A DNA stretch of 64,000 bases, taken from NCBI GenBank assembly GCA_964507405.1, contig CAZDPJ010000005.1, positions 2,306-66,305 of the forward strand. Direction: 5' to 3'. Shown here piece by piece: positions 27,140-37,017 of this stretch (the first letter of the stretch is position 1; every line of letters begins with the position of its first letter). The notes below the pieces were generated by a model. The model was not told the DNA's origin. It was given only the letters and a program-made list of their open reading frames with translations, and did not search any database. The position numbers and the translations under genes were made by a program. Source of the DNA: an uncultured Staphylococcaceae bacterium (lineage in GTDB: Bacteria; Bacillota_I; Bacilli_A; ML615J-28; CAG-313).

Positions 27140-28621
27140 ATGAATAAAGTTAATAGATTTTTAAAGTATATTTCATTAGTTTTAGTCTTTTTATTAATGG
27201 TAACTTTAGGCTTATCATGTAAAAAGGATAATGATGAATTAGATTTACAAAAGAAAATAACAATATATACAGTAAATGATTTTCATGGAGCGATTAAAGA
27301 AAAAGCTAGTCTTGTTGGTGATTATTTAATTAATGCGAAAGACGAGAATAGTGTTATTATATCTGCTGGTGATATGTTTCAAGGTTCAGCTTTATCTAAT
27401 TATAGTTATGGCCTAGATATGGTTAATTTAATGAATATGATGTCTTTTGATAGTATGACTGTTGGGAATCATGAGTTTGACTGGAGTCTTGATACCGTGT
27501 TAAATTATTTTGATGGTGATGATACTAATGGTGAGGCTAATTTTCCTTTACTTGGTTGTAATGTTATAGACAAAAGAACTAGTACGCTTCCTATAAATAT
27601 GCAACCATATGAAATTATTACTCGTAATGATCTTAATATTGGAATCATTGGTTATATGGGACTTGGACTTGAATCAGATATTACTGAATCAATGGTTGCT
27701 AATTATGAATTTATTGACCCAACAACAGAAATAAGAAAATATTCTAAAGAATTAAGAACTACTAAAGATGTTGATATTGTTATTGCTGTAGGACATGATG
27801 CTTCAACTCTTACTAATCGTAATATTTCTAATTTATCTGATGATGAAAGAGTAGATGCGATTGTTAATGGTCATACGCATGTTAATACAAAAGGTGTAAA
27901 TAGAAGAATTAGTGATGAAGTTAAAGTACCTTATGTTCAAGCGGGTTCATCTGGTGAATATGTAGGTATTATTGAACTTACTTACAGTATGAATGAACAA
28001 AAGGTTATTGATGGAGTTGCCTCCAGCAAAAAAATTAAAGATACTGATTCTAAGAATGAAAAAATACAAAAGTATGTTGATGATTTAGTTGAAAATACAT
28101 CATCTGTATTTGAAAAAGTTATTGGTTATGCGGGATGTGATGTGAATAATGTACAAGGTATTAGATGGGCATGTAATTCAATTTTAAAATATTGTCAAGA
28201 TAATTATTTAAATTGTGATGTTGCATTTACCAATACTGGTGGTATAAGAGAAGCAGCATTCCCTATTTATAAAGATGAAGCTATCACGGTGGAAAGAATT
28301 TATCAAATGATGCCATTTGATAATGCGATTAAACTAGTAACAATAAAAGGAAATGTCTTAAGAAGTTTAATTCAAAATAAAGGAGAACTTGCTTATAGTG
28401 AGGATAGCGTTACTGTTTCAGGTGCATCTATTTATATTCATAATGAATTATTAAACGATGAACTGGAATACCGAGTTGCAATTGTGGATTATATCTTTGA
28501 TAAGGATTCATATCCATTTAAAAAAGGAACCAATGTTGTAACTGTTGATAAAATATTAAGAGATATTTTAATTGTTACAATTGAAATAGATAATGCGAAT
28601 GAACGTAAAAGTTTTATATAG
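27140..28621 (+). CDS. bifunctional metallophosphatase/5'-nucleotidase lipoprotein
   Basis: Lipobox LSC. Metallophosphatase motifs VNDFHG, GDMFQGS, GNHEFD, GHTH. C-terminal 5'-nucleotidase domain. Confidence 0.85.
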   Translation: MNKVNRFLKYISLVLVFLLMVTLGLSCKKDNDELDLQKKITIYTVNDFHGAIKEKASLVGDYLINAKDENSVIISAGDMFQGSALSNYSYGLDMVNLMNMMSFDSMTVGNHEFDWSLDTVLNYFDGDDTNGEANFPLLGCNVIDKRTSTLPINMQPYEIITRNDLNIGIIGYMGLGLESDITESMVANYEFIDPTTEIRKYSKELRTTKDVDIVIAVGHDASTLTNRNISNLSDDERVDAIVNGHTHVNTKGVNRRISDEVKVPYVQAGSSGEYVGIIELTYSMNEQKVIDGVASSKKIKDTDSKNEKIQKYVDDLVENTSSVFEKVIGYAGCDVNNVQGIRWACNSILKYCQDNYLNCDVAFTNTGGIREAAFPIYKDEAITVERIYQMMPFDNAIKLVTIKGNVLRSLIQNKGELAYSEDSVTVSGASIYIHNELLNDELEYRVAIVDYIFDKDSYPFKKGTNVVTVDKILRDILIVTIEIDNANERKSFI

Positions 28622-28632
28622 GAAGGTATTGT

Positions 28633-29517
28633 ATGAGTAGAAAAGTTATAATTGCAAGTGATAGTACTTGTGACTTATCAAAAGAATTAATTGAACAATA
28701 TGATGTTAAAATAATTCCACTTTATATTAATTTTGGAGAAAATAGTTATAGAGATAATTTAGAAATTAATCTTGATGAATTATATAAAATGGTGAAAGAA
28801 AAAAATGAAATGCCAAAAACATCAGCCATTTCACCTAAAGATATTCATAATTTCTTTAAACAATTTGTAGATGAAGGATATGATGTATTTTATACTGGTA
28901 TTGGTTCTGCTTTATCATCAACTTTTCAAACCGCGATGATTGTATCTGAAGATTTTGATGGACATGTTGTTTGTGTTGATAGTGCTAATTTATCAACTGG
29001 TATTGGTTTACTTGTTTTAAAAGCATGTACCTTTAGAGATAAAGGCATGAATGTAAATGAAATTGCTGAAGAAATTAGAAATATTGTTCCTCGTGTAAAA
29101 GCCCAATTTGTAGTTGAAACTTTAGATTATTTACATAAAGGTGGAAGATGTAGTGGAACAACTAAATTTATTAGTAGTGTTTTAAGAATTAAACCAATGA
29201 TTGTTGTACGCGAAGGTAAAATGACAGTTGGTAAAAAATTTATTGGTTCAATGAAAAAATCAGTTATGGGAATGACTAAATTATTTTTAAGTGATGTTGA
29301 TCACTTAGATCCTGAGTTTGTTTTTATTACCCATACTCATGCTGAACCTAAAGTGCCTCTAATCCAAGAGATGATTAAAGATGTACATGTTGACCATCTT
29401 TATGATACAGTTGCTGGTTGTGTTATTGGTTCTCACTGTGGACCAGGAACAATTGGTATTCTTTATATTTTAAAAGATCAACAAGTTAAATTAGAAGAAT
29501 CAGAAAATGATCTTTAA
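28633..29517 (+). CDS. degV: DegV family fatty-acid-binding protein
   Basis: N-terminal IIASDSTCDL, typical 294-aa length and block pattern. Confidence 0.9.
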   Translation: MSRKVIIASDSTCDLSKELIEQYDVKIIPLYINFGENSYRDNLEINLDELYKMVKEKNEMPKTSAISPKDIHNFFKQFVDEGYDVFYTGIGSALSSTFQTAMIVSEDFDGHVVCVDSANLSTGIGLLVLKACTFRDKGMNVNEIAEEIRNIVPRVKAQFVVETLDYLHKGGRCSGTTKFISSVLRIKPMIVVREGKMTVGKKFIGSMKKSVMGMTKLFLSDVDHLDPEFVFITHTHAEPKVPLIQEMIKDVHVDHLYDTVAGCVIGSHCGPGTIGILYILKDQQVKLEESENDL

Positions 29518-29523
29518 TATAAT

Positions 29524-29560
29524 GCTTCATTGGTTTTAAAGCTAATGAAGCTTTCTTTAT
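29524..29560 (+). terminator. probable intrinsic terminator
   Basis: Stem gcttcatt/aatgaagc with a 12-nt loop and a T-rich tail. Confidence 0.5.
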
Positions 29561-29591
29561 AAATATTATATATAATAAGGAAGGTAAGTCT

Positions 29592-31748
29592 ATGGAAATA
29601 TTAGCTCCAGCTGGGAATTTAGAAATATTAAAGATAGCTGTTCAAGCAGGTTGTGATGCTCTTTATGTTAGTGGTAAGAACTTTGGAGCTAGAAAATCAG
29701 CACCAAATTTTACTAACGAAGAGCTTGAAATAGGGGTTAATTATGCCCATCTACGCGGTAAAAAAGTATATGTTACTGTTAATACCATTGTATATGATAA
29801 AGAGTTTAGTATGCTACATGAATTTCTTGAATTCTTAGTTAAAATTAAAGTTGACGCGGTAATTGTCCAAGATTTAGGAGTTCTATACTATATAAGAAAG
29901 AACTTTCCAAGTTTAATTATTCATGTTTCTACCCAAATGAATATCCATAATGTAGAAGGAACAAAAAAACTAATTAATCTTGGTGTCAAACGAGTTATTT
30001 TAGCCAGAGAAACACCACTTGAAGAAATTAAAAAAATTACTAAATTAAATATTGAAGTCGAAGTATTTGTTCATGGAGCGTTGTGTTATAGTTATTCTGG
30101 TCAATGTTTAATGAGTTATATGATTGGTGGAAGAAGTGGCAATCGTGGTGAATGTGCACAACCATGTCGTAAAAAATATCAACTTAAAGAAAATGATAGA
30201 ATAATATGTAATAATACATCACTATTATCAATGAAGGATTTAAATACAATTGAATATTTAAATTTATTAAAAGAAAGTGGTGTAACTTCTTTAAAAATAG
30301 AAGGAAGAATGAAAAGTAAAGAATATGTTTATACTGTCGTTTCCTCTTATTATAATGCTTTAAAAGGAAAGATTTCTTCAAATACTCTTGATAAATTGAA
30401 AATTGCTTTTAATCGGAAATTTACCAAGGGATTTATGTTTAAAGAAGATAATATGAATCTAACCAATATTCATGGTGTTAATCATCAAGGACTTGAAATA
30501 GGAAATATTCGAATAGTAAAAAACGATAAAATTGGTATTAAAACAGCTGAAGAACTTAGGATTGGTGATGCTATTAGAATAAAGGGAAAAAATGAAATTG
30601 GGTTTTATATTAAAAAAATTAATAAAGATAATAATTTATATTATATTCCTGGAAATTTAAAAGTTAATGTTAATGATATAGTTTATAAAATGATTGATAG
30701 TAATGAATCTAATTTGGCATCTGATTTACTTAATAATGAAAAATATAGTATTGATTTATCAATTAGTCTAAAAGCACATTATAATTCTATTTTAGAACTT
30801 GAAGTGTGTGGAAAAGGAATAAAAGTTTTAATAAAATCTATTTTTTTAGGTGAAATATGTAATAATCCATTAGAAGAAGAAAGAATTAAATTACAATTAA
30901 CAAAAGTAGGTAATAAATTATTTAATATTAGTAATATTAATATAGATTATGATTGTAAAGCTTTTTTTAGAATTAGTGATTTAAATGATATTAGAAGAAA
31001 AGCAATCGATTTATGGCAAAAAAAATATCTTGAAGAATATAAATTAGAACAAAATGATGTGTTTATAGAAACAGAAAATGATTGTGAAAAATCAAGAAAT
31101 ATTTGTTTTGATTTTGTTGTTCAAAATAAAGAACAAGAAGCTTGGTGTATTGATAATGGTTATAATAATATATTTAAAACCTATGATAATACTTTTGCTA
31201 GACATTTTCATACCGATGATATAAGTAATCGAAAAAATATTATTCACAACATTAGTGATTTAAGTAATGAACAAATTGCATCACCTTCTTTTAATATTGT
31301 TAATTCATATGCTTTAAAACTTGTTGATAGTTATAATGTTGATACGATATATCTATCTAATGAATTAAGTAAAAATGAAAGAATTGAACTTGCAAAAAAC
31401 ATCCATTTTTCAAATCTTGGGGTCTTAATTTATGGACATATGGAAGTAATGACTTCAAAACATTGTTTTATCAATAAAATTAAGAATATGAAAAGTATAA
31501 ATTGTATGCTTTGTAAACATAATAATTATAGTATTATTGATGAATATGGAAATCAAATGTATGTAAGTGGAAGATGTAATATGGACGGACCTGAAATTAG
31601 TATTTATGGATATAGACTTGTTAATGAATTAAGTAATATTAAAGAATATATTAATAGTAGTATTACACATTTTATGATTATGCTTACGAATGAGACTATT
31701 GATGATCTAAATCATCTTAATCAAATTATAAGTAAATATAAAGGGTAA
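29592..31748 (+). CDS. U32-family protein, double-module (718 aa)
   Basis: The N-terminal U32 core has the Cys set CYSYSGQC..ECAQPC. The C-terminal half repeats a U32-like barrel segment (LSNELS..GHMEVMTSKHC) plus extra Cys residues. Confidence 0.8.
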   Translation: MEILAPAGNLEILKIAVQAGCDALYVSGKNFGARKSAPNFTNEELEIGVNYAHLRGKKVYVTVNTIVYDKEFSMLHEFLEFLVKIKVDAVIVQDLGVLYYIRKNFPSLIIHVSTQMNIHNVEGTKKLINLGVKRVILARETPLEEIKKITKLNIEVEVFVHGALCYSYSGQCLMSYMIGGRSGNRGECAQPCRKKYQLKENDRIICNNTSLLSMKDLNTIEYLNLLKESGVTSLKIEGRMKSKEYVYTVVSSYYNALKGKISSNTLDKLKIAFNRKFTKGFMFKEDNMNLTNIHGVNHQGLEIGNIRIVKNDKIGIKTAEELRIGDAIRIKGKNEIGFYIKKINKDNNLYYIPGNLKVNVNDIVYKMIDSNESNLASDLLNNEKYSIDLSISLKAHYNSILELEVCGKGIKVLIKSIFLGEICNNPLEEERIKLQLTKVGNKLFNISNINIDYDCKAFFRISDLNDIRRKAIDLWQKKYLEEYKLEQNDVFIETENDCEKSRNICFDFVVQNKEQEAWCIDNGYNNIFKTYDNTFARHFHTDDISNRKNIIHNISDLSNEQIASPSFNIVNSYALKLVDSYNVDTIYLSNELSKNERIELAKNIHFSNLGVLIYGHMEVMTSKHCFINKIKNMKSINCMLCKHNNYSIIDEYGNQMYVSGRCNMDGPEISIYGYRLVNELSNIKEYINSSITHFMIMLTNETIDDLNHLNQIISKYKG

Positions 31749-31753
31749 TATAA

Positions 31754-33121
31754 ATGAATAAAAGTAGAAAAAGTTATTTGATTTTAGAAAGTCCAAATTA
31801 TTTAAAAATTATAATTAGTTTATCTATTCCATCGATAATTAATTATTTTCTAAAATCATTTTTTGAAATATTAGATATTCGTATCATAAATAAACTAAGT
31901 ATTAGTTTATTTGATAAGAATAATTTAATATCTTGTATAACTTTTTCTTCTTTTATTTTTATTTTATTTTGTTCAATAATTGAAGTTTTGTCAATTGTTT
32001 TTGTTTATTTACTAAGTCATGCTATTGGATCTAATGATGAAAAAAGAAAAGAAAATATTATTTCTATTTTCTTAATTCTTAGTATTATTGGTGGATTAAT
32101 TATATTTATTTTATTGTTTCTACTTACGCCTTTTATTGTTAAGATTAATAATAATGAAATAGTTTCTACTTTATGTTTAAAGTATCTTAGAATAAAGTCA
32201 TTTGAGATTATTCCTCTTTTTATTATAAATTATTATTATTCGCTTCGAATTGCTAATGGAGATACGTTAACACCTGTTTTATTAAATATTATTATATTTA
32301 TACTTAACTATACTATATTTTATTTTTTCAATATTAATGATAATTTATTAAGAATTGCTTTATCTAATGTAATTTCTAGTGTTATTGGAATGATTACTTG
32401 TTTAATTTATTTATATTTTAAAAAGGTATTTAAGCTCTCCTTAAAAAATGACCGATTAATGTGTACAGAAATTATAAAAAAAGCATATCCTCTATTAATT
32501 AGTAAGTTACTTACTAATTTTGGCTTCCTTGTAATTAATAATATTATTTTATCTAGTTCTGATGTATTAGCTAGTAGTATTTTTATATGTAATCGCATAA
32601 ATAATTTTCTAATGGTTCCAATTAATGCTTTTACCAGTATTTTAGTTACTTTAATTGCGCATAATGTAGGTCAAAATAATATAAAGAGAATTAATAATTT
32701 TATAAATTATATAGTTAAAATGATTATGGTTTTAAGCATTTGTGATATAATATTGTTTGTATCTTTTCGAAAATTATTAATTTCTACACTAATTAGTAAT
32801 GAACAAATTATCGATGTTGCTTCAAATTATCTAATTTATGTGTTATTGTCACTTCCTTTGTCTTGCTTATTTCAAGGATTAATTAGTATATTTGAAGGAT
32901 ATGGTTGTACTTTAATCAGTATGGTGTTATCGGTTTTTAGGCTATGGGGTGTAAGAATACCACTAAGTTTAATTATTAACAAAACAACAAATTTAAATTT
33001 GATAAATATGGGTAGTAGTTTATTAATTAGTAATTTACTTGTTGTAATTATGGGAGTAATATTTTATTATATAAAGAAAGAAGGATTTATTTATGGAAGA
33101 AATCATCAAAAAATATCGTAA
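31754..33121 (+). CDS. MATE-family efflux transporter-like membrane protein
   Basis: 455 aa with 12 predicted TM helices. N-terminal block SIPSIINYFL..DIRII is MATE-like. Confidence 0.65.
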   Translation: MNKSRKSYLILESPNYLKIIISLSIPSIINYFLKSFFEILDIRIINKLSISLFDKNNLISCITFSSFIFILFCSIIEVLSIVFVYLLSHAIGSNDEKRKENIISIFLILSIIGGLIIFILLFLLTPFIVKINNNEIVSTLCLKYLRIKSFEIIPLFIINYYYSLRIANGDTLTPVLLNIIIFILNYTIFYFFNINDNLLRIALSNVISSVIGMITCLIYLYFKKVFKLSLKNDRLMCTEIIKKAYPLLISKLLTNFGFLVINNIILSSSDVLASSIFICNRINNFLMVPINAFTSILVTLIAHNVGQNNIKRINNFINYIVKMIMVLSICDIILFVSFRKLLISTLISNEQIIDVASNYLIYVLLSLPLSCLFQGLISIFEGYGCTLISMVLSVFRLWGVRIPLSLIINKTTNLNLINMGSSLLISNLLVVIMGVIFYYIKKEGFIYGRNHQKIS

Positions 33122-33629
33122 TCATATTGTACTTTATGAACCAGAGATTCCTCAAAATACAGGCAATATTATGAGAACATGTGCTGGTACTGATACATTA
33201 TTGCATTTAATTAAACCATTAGGCTTTAAAATTGATGATAAACATATGATTAGAGCTGCTGTTAATTATATGCCTAATGTTCATTTTATGGTATATGAAA
33301 ATTGGGAAGATTTTTTATCAAAAAATAGTGGCAAGATGTATTACTTTACTAGATACGGAATGAAAACACCTCATGAATTAAAACTTGATGATAAAAATGA
33401 AAGATATTATTTTATTATCGGTAAGGAATCAACAGGAATTCCTAAAGAGATTTTAAGAGAACATCTTGATGATTGCATTCGTTTACCAATTAATGATAAA
33501 ATTCGTTCATTAAATATAAGTAATGTTGCTGCTGTGGCTATTTTTGAAGCATTACGTCAACAAGATTATAATGATCTATCAAGATTCGAACCAGAAACAT
33601 TAAAAGGCAAAGATTGGTTATTAAAATAA
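33093..33629 (+). CDS. trmL: tRNA (cytidine/uridine(34)-2'-O)-methyltransferase TrmL (SpoU family)
   Basis: HIVLYEPEIPQNTGNIMRTC and C-terminal LNISNVAAVAIFEALRQ blocks. Confidence 0.85.
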   Translation: MEEIIKKYRNHIVLYEPEIPQNTGNIMRTCAGTDTLLHLIKPLGFKIDDKHMIRAAVNYMPNVHFMVYENWEDFLSKNSGKMYYFTRYGMKTPHELKLDDKNERYYFIIGKESTGIPKEILREHLDDCIRLPINDKIRSLNISNVAAVAIFEALRQQDYNDLSRFEPETLKGKDWLLK

Positions 33630-33677
33630 TTATAAAAGTTTGTTATTTACCAACAATAATATTGTGAGGTGAATAAA

Positions 33678-33836
33678 TTGTATAAACAAACAAAAAAGAA
33701 AATTGTTAAGAAGAATTTATCAGAAAAACCAGTTGAACTAAAGTTTCCAAATGACTCTATTGTTTGTAAAAATGTAGTTGAAAGTGATTATTTTTACAGA
33801 GATTTAGAAATGTTTAGACCTGATTTAGATGAATAA
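33678..33836 (+). CDS. unannotated small protein (52 aa, TTG start)
   Basis: RBS gaggtga lies 5 nt upstream of the TTG. The open frame MYKQTKKKIVKK..FRPDLDE ends at TAA. A strong terminator follows at 33845-33881. It is below the ORF-track size cutoff. Confidence 0.4.
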   Translation: MYKQTKKKIVKKNLSEKPVELKFPNDSIVCKNVVESDYFYRDLEMFRPDLDE

Positions 33837-33844
33837 GTTTAATG

Positions 33845-33881
33845 CACATTTTATAGAATATCTATAAGATGTGTTTTTTTT
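33845..33881 (+). terminator. intrinsic terminator
   Basis: 13-bp stem cacattttataga/tctataagatgtg followed by T8. Confidence 0.8.
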
Positions 33882-33933
33882 ATCACAAAAAATAAATTTA
33901 GGCATATACATAAAATATAGATAGGGTGGTAAA

Positions 33934-35004
33934 ATGATGGAAATTGTTAATAATTTTAATATTGTGGGTCAAATTAACAAAATAGAACCAATTAAAAATG
34001 GACTTGTTAATAAAACATATTTAGTAGAAACAAGTAAATGTAAATACATATTACAAAGAATTAATAATTATGTATTTAAAAATCCTATTTTAGTAATGAA
34101 TAATATTGAATTAATAACAAATAAATTAAAGTTAAATAATGTTGAAACTTTAAATATTATAAAAACATTAGATAATAATAATATTTATATTGATAATTTA
34201 AATGAATCGTATTATCGGATGTATGATTATCTAAATACTATGGAACAAGTTTCTAATAATGATTATCATTCTTGTCTTGGGGTTGGAAAAACGATCGGTG
34301 AATTTCAAAAAATACTTAGTAATACTGATATTAAACTTTTAAAAGTAACGATTGATGATTTTCATAATACACCTAAAAGACTAAATAAACTAATTAATTT
34401 GTTTAATAGTGTCAATGATTCAAATATTAGAAAACAAAAATCAACTTGGATATATGATTATATAATTAAAAATAAAGATAAAGTAAATATTATTCAAGAA
34501 AAAATAAATAATGGATTAATTCCTATTAGAATTGCCCATAATGATACAAAATTAAATAATGTAATGTTCGATAAAATTACAAAAAAAGCTGTTGCTTTAA
34601 TTGATTTAGATACAGTCATGCCGGGAAGTGTATTATTTGATTATGGTGATGCGATAAGAACTTGTGCATCAAATTCAGTAGAAGATGATTTAGATATTTC
34701 ATTAATTAATTTTAATGATAAACTATTTGCAAGTTTTACTGTTGGATATTTAAGTAAAATGTATAATGTTTTAACGAAGGAAGAAATTAATTTATTAGTT
34801 AATTCTGTTGAGACTATTACTTTAGAATGTGCAATTAGATTTTTAACCGATTATTTAGAAAATGATGTATATTTTAAAATTGATTACCCTGAACATAACT
34901 TAGTAAGAGCAATAAATCAAATAATTTTATTTAATAGTTGTTTGTTTAATGAGAAACGGTGGCAAGTACTTATTAATGATATCTTAAATAGGCTATACTT
35001 TTGA
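33934..35004 (+). CDS. APH-family sugar/small-molecule kinase (N-acetylhexosamine 1-kinase NahK-like)
   Basis: Catalytic loop HNDTKLNNVMFD and LIDLDTVMPG (Brenner and DxD motifs of the aminoglycoside/choline kinase fold). Confidence 0.6.
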   Translation: MMEIVNNFNIVGQINKIEPIKNGLVNKTYLVETSKCKYILQRINNYVFKNPILVMNNIELITNKLKLNNVETLNIIKTLDNNNIYIDNLNESYYRMYDYLNTMEQVSNNDYHSCLGVGKTIGEFQKILSNTDIKLLKVTIDDFHNTPKRLNKLINLFNSVNDSNIRKQKSTWIYDYIIKNKDKVNIIQEKINNGLIPIRIAHNDTKLNNVMFDKITKKAVALIDLDTVMPGSVLFDYGDAIRTCASNSVEDDLDISLINFNDKLFASFTVGYLSKMYNVLTKEEINLLVNSVETITLECAIRFLTDYLENDVYFKIDYPEHNLVRAINQIILFNSCLFNEKRWQVLINDILNRLYF

Positions 35005-35075
35005 TAAAAAGAATTGTACTGGTTGCAAAAAAAATTAAAATATGGTAAAATAAACATAAATATTAGAGGTGACTT

Positions 35076-36560
35076 ATGAGAAAGTTTATTTATATATTTA
35101 TGTTTTTTACTTGTTTATTTTTAATATCATGTGAACAACATAAAGAACCACTTGGAACTAAACCTACTAAACCATTTACAATTAATGAATATCTTGGTGA
35201 TAATGCTGTATATAAAAGTAGTAGTACGCTTAATTTAAATGGTATTTCTGAAGATGGCGTTATTATAAAAGTTGAATTAATTAATCAAAATGATAAAGTA
35301 ATTGATTCATATAAAACAGTGGTAAATGAAAAAACACTAAAATGGAACATTAATTTGTCAACGCCTAAAGCATCAAGTGAGTCATATTCTATTAAAGTAA
35401 CAGATTCATATAATGTTTATAGTTATGAATATAAAAACATTAGATTTGGACAACTTTGGCTTGTTGCAGGTGATATGTTTGATAATAAGGTAGTAAATAA
35501 TATTTCTAAAAATGATGATTTTGAAATTAATGATATTTCCTTTTTTAATCTTTCTTCTAATTCAGGATGGCTTTTAAATAATGAAAAGGAAAGCATTAAT
35601 GATGAATATATTATTAATTTATGTAAAAAATTATATACTAATATCGATGTACCAATTGGGATTATTTTAGGAAATGAAGAACATTCAAATTTAGAAGAAT
35701 GGTTGCCTCTTGATTCGATTGATAATGTAGAAAATATCTTAGATTATGTTAAAAAAATAAATAAATATTCAAAAAATCCATCTAATAAAGGTGATGCTGG
35801 TTATTTATTTGAAACTAAATATAAAAAGTTAGAAGGAATTCAAATTTCTGGAATTACTTGGAATCATGGCAGTAAAAATTTAGATTTGTTTAATAGTCAA
35901 CAATACTCAACGACATATTTTCAAATGTTAACTAGTTTATTTGAATGTTGGCACACTTTATTTAATTGTGATAAAATTGGTGTTTTCCAACTTGCATCAT
36001 ACAATGTTAATAATTGTCATACTTTAAGATATATTCAAAATATTGCTATTAATTATTATACTTATGTTAAAATTATTCCAACTGTTGATTTATTTAGTAC
36101 TTTTAATAATGAAAACAGTGATATTGAGTTTGATAAACTTGCGAAAAGAGCTATTGATATTTTAAATAATAAAATAAAAGTATCAAGTTATGCTAACTTA
36201 GTACTTGATATAAATAAAGATAATATTGTTGATAAAATTAAAATAGAGTTTAATAATACTGATAATCTTATTTTACAAGATGAAGATATTATTAATTATT
36301 TAGTAGTTAAATATAAAGAAGATGGAATTCATGAAAAAGAAATTGATGTTAAAACAAAAATTGAAAATAATAATTTAATTTTTGATTTGTCATATGAAGA
36401 AATAACAACTAATGAATCATTAGAAGAAGTTGTTGAAATTAAATATTATAATAAAGATTATATTACGATATATTTCGCGACGGAAAATGATATCTCGCTT
36501 ATCAATATTTTTAATGATGATATGATTCCATTATTACCATTTATAATAGTTATAGAATAG
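35076..36560 (+). CDS. lipoprotein with degenerate sialate-O-acetylesterase (SASA/DUF303)-like core
   Basis: Lipobox LISC. FGQLWLVAGDMFDN sits where SASA proteins have FGDVWLCSGQSNM. GITWNHGSKN sits where they have WYQGESN. Confidence 0.4.
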   Translation: MRKFIYIFMFFTCLFLISCEQHKEPLGTKPTKPFTINEYLGDNAVYKSSSTLNLNGISEDGVIIKVELINQNDKVIDSYKTVVNEKTLKWNINLSTPKASSESYSIKVTDSYNVYSYEYKNIRFGQLWLVAGDMFDNKVVNNISKNDDFEINDISFFNLSSNSGWLLNNEKESINDEYIINLCKKLYTNIDVPIGIILGNEEHSNLEEWLPLDSIDNVENILDYVKKINKYSKNPSNKGDAGYLFETKYKKLEGIQISGITWNHGSKNLDLFNSQQYSTTYFQMLTSLFECWHTLFNCDKIGVFQLASYNVNNCHTLRYIQNIAINYYTYVKIIPTVDLFSTFNNENSDIEFDKLAKRAIDILNNKIKVSSYANLVLDINKDNIVDKIKIEFNNTDNLILQDEDIINYLVVKYKEDGIHEKEIDVKTKIENNNLIFDLSYEEITTNESLEEVVEIKYYNKDYITIYFATENDISLINIFNDDMIPLLPFIIVIE

Positions 36561-36570
36561 GGGTTTATAT

Positions 36571-37017
36571 ATGAAAAGACATAATGCAAGAATTTTAGCT
36601 GTAATGGTACTATATAATATAGATATGAATAAGTATACAGCCGAAGAGATTAATACTGATTTAATCGAATCTACAAAACAAGATGTATTTAATATTATTC
36701 TTGATGAAGATTATAAAGTTGATGTGGATTATGAATATTTAGACAAGTTATTAAATAGTATAACTTCTAATTACCAAATAGTTTATGATCTTATTAGTGA
36801 AAATTTAACTAATTGGACAATTGATCGTCTTTCTTATGTGGATAGAGCTATTCTTATTTGTGCCACTAGTGAAATGATGTTAAATCTTGTTCCCAAAGAA
36901 GTTGTTATCAATGAATATTTAGAAATTACTAGGGAATATGCAATGGTTGTTGATGAAAAACAAGTTAAGTTTAATAATCGTATTTTAGATATCATTGCGA
37001 CGAAAGTATATGAATAA
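36571..37017 (+). CDS. nusB: transcription antitermination factor NusB
   Basis: RHNARILAVMVLY start and RLSYVDRAIL block. Position upstream of xseA matches Bacillus. Confidence 0.85.
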   Translation: MKRHNARILAVMVLYNIDMNKYTAEEINTDLIESTKQDVFNIILDEDYKVDVDYEYLDKLLNSITSNYQIVYDLISENLTNWTIDRLSYVDRAILICATSEMMLNLVPKEVVINEYLEITREYAMVVDEKQVKFNNRILDIIATKVYE

